A stretch of 63,140 nt of DNA, filler included, from Choristocarpus tenellus KU-1152 (lineage: Eukaryota; Protista; Phaeophyceae): assembly GCA_964200185.2 (NCBI GenBank). It is 15 parts of 15 records of this genome, joined end to end, with 100 filler letters (N's around TTAATTAATTAA, not from the genome) between each part and the next. Parts side by side here need not be neighbours in the genome. Positions count along the whole stretch, not along the records: positions 54,552 to 58,195 come from CAXNAD020018771.1; positions 58,296 to 63,140 come from CAXNAD020012827.1; 13 more parts are not named here. One strand, written 5' to 3'. Shown here in pieces: positions 55,104-63,140 of the stretch; positions within the stretch are counted from its first letter, which is position 1; the number at the start of each line of letters is the position of its first letter. The notes under the pieces are model-generated. The model did no database searches. It worked only from the letters and a program-made list of their open reading frames with translations, and was not told the origin of the DNA. Position numbers and translations under genes: made by a program.

Positions 55104-57625
55104 ATTTGCCCCCAAGGTTTTTCATACTCTTTTTTTAGTTTTTTTAATCAGTAGAAAAAAATAGTACCAAGGAGTTTCTTATTTATTCGGCGAACAGAAA
55201 CATGGAATGTTTTCTCTTTTTGTAGAAAGAAAATCATGTTATCGTGTCTGTGTTTTTGGCACTATATCACCAGATGGTGAAAAATTGCAATAATAGATGT
55301 ACCTGGACATACGTATATATATATATATATTGTAGATAAGAATTGCCTCTGGGCAGCGGGGCAAAGGAGGCTACTTTGTAATATTCTTTTTCAAGAATGT
55401 TTCAAATGTGTTCTCAGGAGTTGCCTCTTTTTGAAGGTCGGGCACAGTGGAGTTTGGTCGTAGGAAGGACGGTTTTTGCGTTTCCTTTTGAATGCACTCG
55501 GAGGAAGTAGTGTGTGGTATTCAACGCTGTCCTCTTCTGTTTGTAAACCCGAGGGGTAGGCCGTAATACAGGTGCACAGGATGGTATCAACTTTTCATTG
55601 TTCCTTGTGAGGGTCGTGCAAGAACCTCATATTGAGGGTATAACCTAAAATTTCAGCAAAACCTGGCTTTATCTATTCTGCACCGTCTACTGTGGAGTCA
55701 AAAGAAACGCCGTCCCAATGCGATTTTTTCCACTTGCACACACTAACTGGATTGATCCTGTGCACAGAGGAACTGTATATTCATTTGTTTATTTGTTATA
55801 GGGGAGGGAGCAATAGAGGAGCTTGAGCTGACCTCAAGTTTGTTTTTGTCAGGGGTAGGTTATACCCTCTAAGGTAGCTCTAACCTACCCCTAGCACTAT
55901 TCACCACAGCTTAGTCCTTGTGTTTGAAGTATGTGTGATACAAACAGTTTCGCGCCTTGGACATCGCAACACTGTGTTATGTCCATAAAACTCTGGAGAA
56001 AAAAAAAATGAAACATTAAGTAGTTCCCGTGTAGAGCCCCAGTCCAAAGCATCAATATGCAATGTGTAATACTCATGTCACTCCGGTCCAAAATATAGCT
56101 GTTGTGTACATATCATTTATCGAGGTGTTAAACACAAGTTGATATGAAAAGTGTTCGGTTGTTCAAAGGTTTTGAATGATGTTTTTCAAAGTGTTTGGAC
56201 TGGAGGCGGGAGGGAGTTGCAAATATCCACTGCTTTGCTCCTGTGTAATGATGAGAATAGGTTGTCCTTTGAACGTCTTTTCAGACTGCATTAATTAAAT
56301 GTAACACTGTGTTATGAGCATAGTACTGTCATGTAGCGCCCGTAAAACTCCAGTCCAAAACATAGGCAACACTGTGTTACGTATGTAGCATCTAATGAAA
56401 GGAAGGTTTAACAGAGTGTTGTGGAAGTATAGTGTTGTCCAACGTACAAAAGCTTCCAATCCCAAACCTCATTGGCTGTGTAGAGAAGCTGTAGTACTCA
56501 TCTGGCCTCTAATATGTATATATATATTTATGGTTTCATGCTTTGATTTTCCTGGTAATTAGTTGCGGTTTGTATACCATTGGTGTAGGTCGGGGTTTAA
56601 AAAAGGGAGTTTCCATATGGGTTGGCGGTGCAGTCTGACTAAGAAGAACAAAGCTGTTAACGGTATATGTTGACTTGATTTTACCGTCGGTGGTACTTGT
56701 CATAACAACATCGTACCACTCCGTCAACTGCCAATTTCCAAGTGAGCAGCGAGCAGGAAATTCTCGAAGTGGTTGGTGGCGCACTCAAAAAATGAGAACC
56801 TTTTTAGGACCTTAGTGTAAGGCGGATGATGCCAAGCTCTTCATCGGTGTGTATAATTCATACATATGTCTGTCTGGTTGGTGGTTATACCATTATTGAG
56901 TCAATTTCTAAAGAAAATGTTAGAAGAGCTGGGTGGATCGGTGGGCGGTCGTCAAATGTGTTCTGTTCTGTTTTGTTTTTTCTTTGAAGCCATCTGATTT
57001 TTAAATACGATCTGTATTTTGTAATGAACGAGTTGTTCATTTATTGATAGGTTAATTTTTTTTTTTAATTGTCGGAAGTTCTGTTCTTCGCCCCCTTGAT
57101 AAGGCATTGCATAGCCCTATTGCATATACAATCCTTAGTACCTCAAGGGGATATATATGTATATATACATATGTCACCGAAGTAAATCTAGATGAGAAAT
57201 CGGCAGCGTGCTGATTTTGAGGACAAATTGGAGGTTTCATCAGCAGATTGGTATGACATTTAGAGGTACGCCTTCAAGATACATATATGCTACTGACAGT
57301 ATATATTCAATACTCTATACCCGCCATCGATCTCTTCCACAGTATTTGGCTGGTCATACCCTTTCGCCAACTCTTGTTGCTTGTATATTTGAATCCCTGA
57401 TATACATACATATGTGGGTGCATTGGTTGCATATTATGTGTATGTTGGTTGGACTTGTGCTCCAAACATTTTTTTTCAGGGTTTAAATGACGTTTTGTGT
57501 CTGATCGAGCTGTACCTAAGACAGTTACGGCAACATAGAACACCACTCTGAATGGAGTCTACTGTTGCATTTTGACTACATATCCACTATCTACCTGTCA
57601 CCATGGTGGCAAGAGACACATTCAA

Positions 57626-57795
57626 GGCTCAAAGTATGTGGGTTGGGGGGGGGACGGGGGTCTACAACAGAGTGTCCATTTCAGCCCTGACCAGGAGAAG
57701 TGAACTTACATTATCCATCCGGTGCATGCACCAAATTAAGAATAAAAAAAGGGCACCGAATGGATAGTTGCCACACTCCCCCCATGTTTTGAGCC
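57626..57795 (-). mobile_element. MITE family B copy (diverged)
   Basis: GGCTCAAAGTATG...TTTTGAGCC, 3-bp TSD CAA. Confidence 0.8.
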
Positions 57796-59888
57796 CAACC
57801 CTAATGTATACATGTATGGCATGAATTTCCACTGAGTTGTAGTGATGATAGCTTCTATAGTAAAGGAGTTGGTATAGATTTTTTATTTGTGCAAATCTTT
57901 GCGTGTTTTTTTGTGGAGTGCTGCAATTGCGTTGGTGTGGTATGTTCCTCTTGGGATGGTTTCCACTTGGAGCATGAAGAGCAGGAGCACACCCTCACTC
58001 CTACAGAGAGGTCTCCTTTGCTGTTTAGTAAGCTGAATTGTGTTCAGGGTATAAATGCAATGAAGCATTGCATGGATCTTACTGCTCTGCTGACTAAGAC
58101 AATTGTACTTGCTGTCCATGTCTGAAACCTTGCATGTTCCTATGGGGGGGGGGGGGGAGGAGGGAGGCAGGCAGACCCCCAGAGGTTTTAATAACNNNNN
58201 NNNNNNNNNNNNNNNNNNNNNNNNNNNNNNNNNNNNNNNTTAATTAATTAANNNNNNNNNNNNNNNNNNNNNNNNNNNNNNNNNNNNNNNNNNNNGTATG
58301 TGTGGGGGGGGGGGTAAAGGTGACTTCTAAACAAGCGCTCCGAAGAAGGGAGTGCATCCACTCAGAAATCACAAGATGTGAGCATTATTTGGAGACACAC
58401 CGTTCTCAGTTGCCCTCCGCACGCGACTGATTTGTGTTCTGATTTTTGAATTTGAAAATCGGGGAGGAAGCGATTCATGTTTGGAAAAAAAAAAACTCTA
58501 CATAATATATACATCCGTACTTGAGCACTTAAAAAAAAAGGAGGGTTGATTAAAAAAAAACATTCTTGACAAGAGTTGACACATTACAAACTTCTGGACT
58601 GCCTGGTTTATATTTAGAAAACCAACCAAAGATGGAAAGCAAGGGGGTGAGAATATGTGCAGTACGAGGGAAGGGGGGGGGAGGTTACCCAAGAAACATA
58701 CACATCTAGTTCGTTAAAAATAAGAAAGGTCGCCAGCCTACAAAAAGGACCAGTTACAAAAAAATAAAAAGCAAGAGATGAGAATAGATCCATTGGTCAA
58801 ACAGGGACACTTGACATATCTACACCACACTACATCTTACAAAAAAACCGAACCCAACTAAATACCACAAATACACACATTACAAGTTGTTTATGTACAT
58901 CATTACAGATGGGGTCAAGCGACTTCTCTTCCATCTTTTTTCTTTTTTCTCAAACTGGCTTCATTGGTATTTCTCCGGTGTTGCGTGTCTTACTCTCCTC
59001 TGAATACTTCCTCTGTCTGGGGACCCCCTTGAACATTTGCAAAGACGTATGACAACAATAAACAAAAAATATTTATCAATAGTAATTCACGCCCCGACCC
59101 TAACCCTAAAATAATATACTACCTAGAACAACAACAAAAAATGTTGGCATCATCCGCCCGATTCGTCACCCATACATACAAAAAGACTCCCCCCCATGAA
59201 GTCCAAGAAACATTTCTTAGCAATTCTACATTCCAATTTTTTTTTACAGCAGAGGGGGGACGGACGTCAAGATGCAACATCCTGAGTCTCACATGGCACC
59301 CATCACACACTGCAAGGCATCAAGTCGGTTGAGATGGTTGTGGGGTGTACTACGGAGAAATCCATTACTAACAGGTGTGCAGTCAATCAGTTGCCTATGT
59401 TCCAAAAAGAGAGCAAACGCCCGTATACCACAACAAACTCCTTCTGAAACGTCCATCCTTCGAGAATACCCAAATACCAACTGACAACCTACCCGACTCC
59501 ACACAGACAACAAACGCCACAACACCTCCTCCAATGTTCTACTAACACACACACATACACACACACAGTTGCAACTTTCATCTCCCTTTTGCCATTGACA
59601 ATCAATCCCCACACAGACGCACGATGACCGCAGAGTCTCAAACGCTCACATCTCCCACGCAGAAGAAGAAGAACACACTCTTTTTTTGTCAGCAGCAATA
59701 CACAAATCGAACCACTCCTCTCCTCTCCGAACACGCCAACTCACACCATGCCCACCGGCTCTCTCATCGTCGGGGCACATGCGCCCCCCCCCGCCACAAA
59801 GAAACTTCTGCGCACTACACATCCTCCTCCTCCTCCTCCTCCTGGTGCACTTCAGCTTCACACACACATGTCTAGTTGTGAGCACGGA

Positions 59889-59915
59889 CTAACCCTAACC
59901 CTAACCCTAACCCTA
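59889..59915. repeat. Interstitial telomeric repeat (CCCTAA)n; further tracts at ~8501, 10549, 10803, 34555, 48162, 59098, 60014, 60370, 61174
   Basis: Direct reading of 2-4.5 TTAGGG/CCCTAA units at each site. Confidence 0.88.
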
Positions 59916-60928
59916 AGGTCGTCCCCATACCAAGGTGATACAACCCCCCCCCACCCCCGCCGAAGACGACCTCCCCAAAAGACAACCACACACGAAGAGA
60001 CATACAGCATGCGCCCTAACCCTAAACAATACCTGACAACTCAGCTCTAGAGACGGATAAAAGATTACCGCTGCTTTGCAGGATGAAGTCGTCGTACCGC
60101 CGCTGGTGCCCCACGAACATCGAACGCATCCTGTCCCGCTCCTACCTCCTACCTACCTACCTCCTTTGGGTTCAATCGACCCCCCGCCCGGTCAGAGCCG
60201 TCGCATCCAACAAGTGCTCGCGATCACGCCCAACTGCCCTTCCCCCAGCACAAAAACACGAACGAGAAACACACCTAATACGTACCCCTACACGCCCTGC
60301 AATCCCTGTTCAAGCGACAAAATGAATGCGATGGCGACGATCCGGCATTGTGCACTAACTAACCCACTAACTAACCCTAACCCTAACCCTAACCCTAAGT
60401 TAACTTATCATGAATTTCAATAGATCTGAACGATCGCGCCGTCATCTCCCCCTAGGAACATCAACTTTGCCCAAGACACACAAAGCATTGCGTGGGTAAC
60501 GTGTTCTTGGGACAGTTCCTCCTCCGAATTTCCTAAACCAATTTGGAAAAAGGGAGATCGATGCTAAAAGAAGCCTTGTCTGATTACTTGCTTGCAATCC
60601 CTGAGGTGCAGAGTCGTTTCCATCAACCCACCCCCCCCTCCCCCCCCCACAAACCCAAGGCTCACAAAAACAAAAACGACAGGGGCCGGTAAAAAGGTGG
60701 TTAAGGGTTAAGGATTGACCTCAACTCAATTCAATTAGGTTTGAATAACTTAAGACTTCTGTCAGGCATAACCTAACAGAAGCAAGCGGAGTTATCAGTT
60801 GCTCTTACATACACCCTAGTTGAAGTTGTCGGGACAGCTCAATCGTGATTTAAACGTTGCCCCCACACCTAATCAGTTCGTCCTGGCGAAGGGAAACGAT
60901 TCACACAGCCACTACCCTTTCCCCACCC

Positions 60929-61197
60929 GAGTCAAAAGTACCTCAGAGGGTACAGTGGCGTCCACTCGGGGGTCTAAAATCCAACGTTGCAATTATGACG
61001 TAATTTTGGCCATCATGTTTGTCAGGAGACATCAATATCCTTGTTCCGGGCACTCCTTTTCACAAAGTACACACTCTACCCACTCCGAAACATTTTGGAG
61101 TAAGAAAAAATCTTAATAAAAGCCCCGTCGGAAGCCAAAAGCCCCAATCGGACAAACAGGGCAAAACTCACACCCTAACCCTAAGATACTTTCCATC
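60929..61197 (+). mobile_element. MITE family A copy 8 (diverged)
   Basis: Homologous interior; right TIR altered to CACCCTAACCCTAAGATACTTT; flanks ACCC/ACTC. Confidence 0.85.
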
Positions 61198-61606
61198 ACT
61201 CGACTCTCATCTCCCCCCCACCCCCCACTGCCTCCTCCCACTTGATCGGCATTTGAACCTGCAAGAGCCTCCTCCAGTGTAGCAATTCTTAATTCTATTT
61301 TCATCAATCGGCGGTCCTCGTCGTAGACCATTCAGGAAAAAACGCCTCATCATCACCTCTTGCTGAGGTAGGTTGTTGGTCAACAAACTCACATCAGAGT
61401 CCTCTTCCAATTTTTTCACCATCAGACCGTTGGACCATTGAAGAACTTGCAAGCTTGTGCTGCTGAAGCCGAGGAGACATACGCCTTCCAAGGAGTGGAC
61501 AGATGACAGCTTTACACCTCTTGGTTCAGCTGGAGCCGTCTCCACCATGTCAGGACTTGCCTCAATAACACGCTCCTTCCTTGCCTTCACCACCGGCAAG
61601 ACTCAC

Positions 61607-61659
61607 ACATACACTACATACACTACATACACTACATACACTACATACACTACATACAC
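61607..61659. repeat. 9-bp tandem repeat (TACATACAC)n
   Basis: More than five consecutive units. Confidence 0.9.
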
Positions 61660-62945
61660 AGGGTCTGGCTCCCCAGCAAACTCTTGTTGACTCCTACCCC
61701 CCTCGCACGCACACCTTAACAACGCCTCCCTCCACCTAGCATTATTTTTTTTATTTTAAAAACAAAACAAAACAAAACAAAACTTTTCTTTTACTAGACC
61801 GGTGTGGTATACGCTATATCCCAACAACACTTTTTCATTTTTTTCCAGGTGCTTAATTAAAACTGCAGCGGGGTTAATAAGATCCCCAAGAATATCCCCC
61901 CCCCCCCCCCCCCCCCCCCCCCCCTTCTCTCTATAGTATGCTTTTTCTCCCCAACANNNNNNNNNNAACAACCCCACAAAACTTAAAATCAGAAAGAAGG
62001 AGTAAAAGTGGCCCCCCCCCCCCCCCCCCCCCCCCCCGTCGGTCATTTGAGGTAAATTTCTGACTCTTGCCAACAAAAGGGAGCACGTAGGTCCCACATT
62101 CGCCTCAAATCACTGCACAAAATAATAATAATAATAATAATAATCTGGAGAGGCCCGTCCTTAGTCAATGCAACAGTTTTACCGTTCTTGAGAAATCGCA
62201 AACGCCTCCTCCTCACACCACTAATAACGCCTCCCACGACCTTTGCGCCGGTCCTGTCCTCAAGACACAACAGGGCGACCCCAGTACCTACAGTACACCC
62301 TTCAGAAGCATGTGAGTAAGGCCCTCCCTCACCAACTCATTCAGCCGTTAGTTAAAAAAAGCATCGTGTATCCCTTGCATGTGGCCTCGAGTCTCTGCCC
62401 CTATTTCCAAGCAGGCCAGGTGCAGTTGACCGATCTGGCAAGACAACAGATAGATCTCAAAGGCGAGGTGTTCAAGAGACACGTTCACCTGAACCATAGT
62501 ACAATAAACTCCTCCTCCTTTCGGTGTTCTAGACCCTTCCAGAACACCGAAATTCCAATCAACGATCAACCGAACTCTGCCTGTGAATATCCCACATCAT
62601 CTCTTCCCCTTTTATATCTTCCACTCTTCTGCAAGCACATACACACACCTCTCACCCAACACACCCGACACACCCAACACAGCACTGCCGACGAACTCTC
62701 ACGGAGGGGAAAAACAACCCCCACTCCAAAACACTTCGAAAAAACCGCTCCTTCTCCTCGAGAAACAAATCACTACAAACACATAAGCGCACACACAAAC
62801 ACACACGCACACAAAAGAGCCAGTCAAACCAGGTACAAAATTAAAAAAAGAAATCTACCCCCAAAAACAGAAAAAAAAAAGTCCCGACGACTGAACGGCT
62901 AAGACCTCTCCTCTCCTTCATTCCCTTCATGCTTGCCTCGCCCAC

Positions 62946-63059
62946 CTGAAAGTTTTTTCTTGCTATGTCAAAGTAAGATCGCATCAGACTCTTAATTATA
63001 TCTGTTTCATACTTCTCTCGGTCTGTGGGCTCCACGCTTTGGCGCATTGTCTCTGGCGG
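62946..63059 (-). CDS. Internal exon of a dynamin-related GTPase (Drp1/Vps1-like), start of the GTPase effector domain
   Basis: cag|...|gtggg boundaries, 38 codons: PPETMRQSVEPTDREKYETDIIKSLMRSYFDIARKNFQ, which fits the GED motif E.E.IK.L..SYF.I.RKN. Confidence 0.88.
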
Positions 63060-63140
63060 CTGTAGCATGAACGGTGGGGGAAGGGGGGGGGGGTAAGAGG
63101 GGATTGAAGGGAGTGTCAAGAAGTTAAAACCTAGACATGG

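Noticed and set aside
59889-60397. True chromosome end
   Set aside because: The tracts are under five units and are flanked by unique sequence on both sides.

Overview
This is eukaryotic DNA, not one locus. It is about 15 small contigs joined by 100-nt artificial linkers (N44-TTAATTAATTAA-N44), so adjacency across a linker carries no biological meaning. The nuclear Psb27 gene, the intron-rich structure, the TTAGGG repeats and the transposon types suggest a photosynthetic stramenopile, probably brown-alga-like (inference). Host genes: a complete 4-exon MsrB, the last two exons of Psb27, single exons of a Ulp/SENP SUMO protease and of a dynamin-related GTPase (GED), and two partial multi-exon genes of unknown function. 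Much of the rest is decayed transposable element: Gypsy, Copia, CRE/RLE-type LINE ends and pogo-like fragments. The most striking structure is a two-subfamily MITE system (8 copies of about 260 bp, 4 of about 170 bp, plus orphan ends) sharing a CAAAGTATCT TIR core, whose target-site duplications alternate between 3 and 4 bp. Two of these MITEs sit inside a spliced, inactivated Sola-like transposase. Interstitial TTAGGG tracts lie preferentially on the sense strand of nearby genes. Family names come from recalled motifs, not from database searches.
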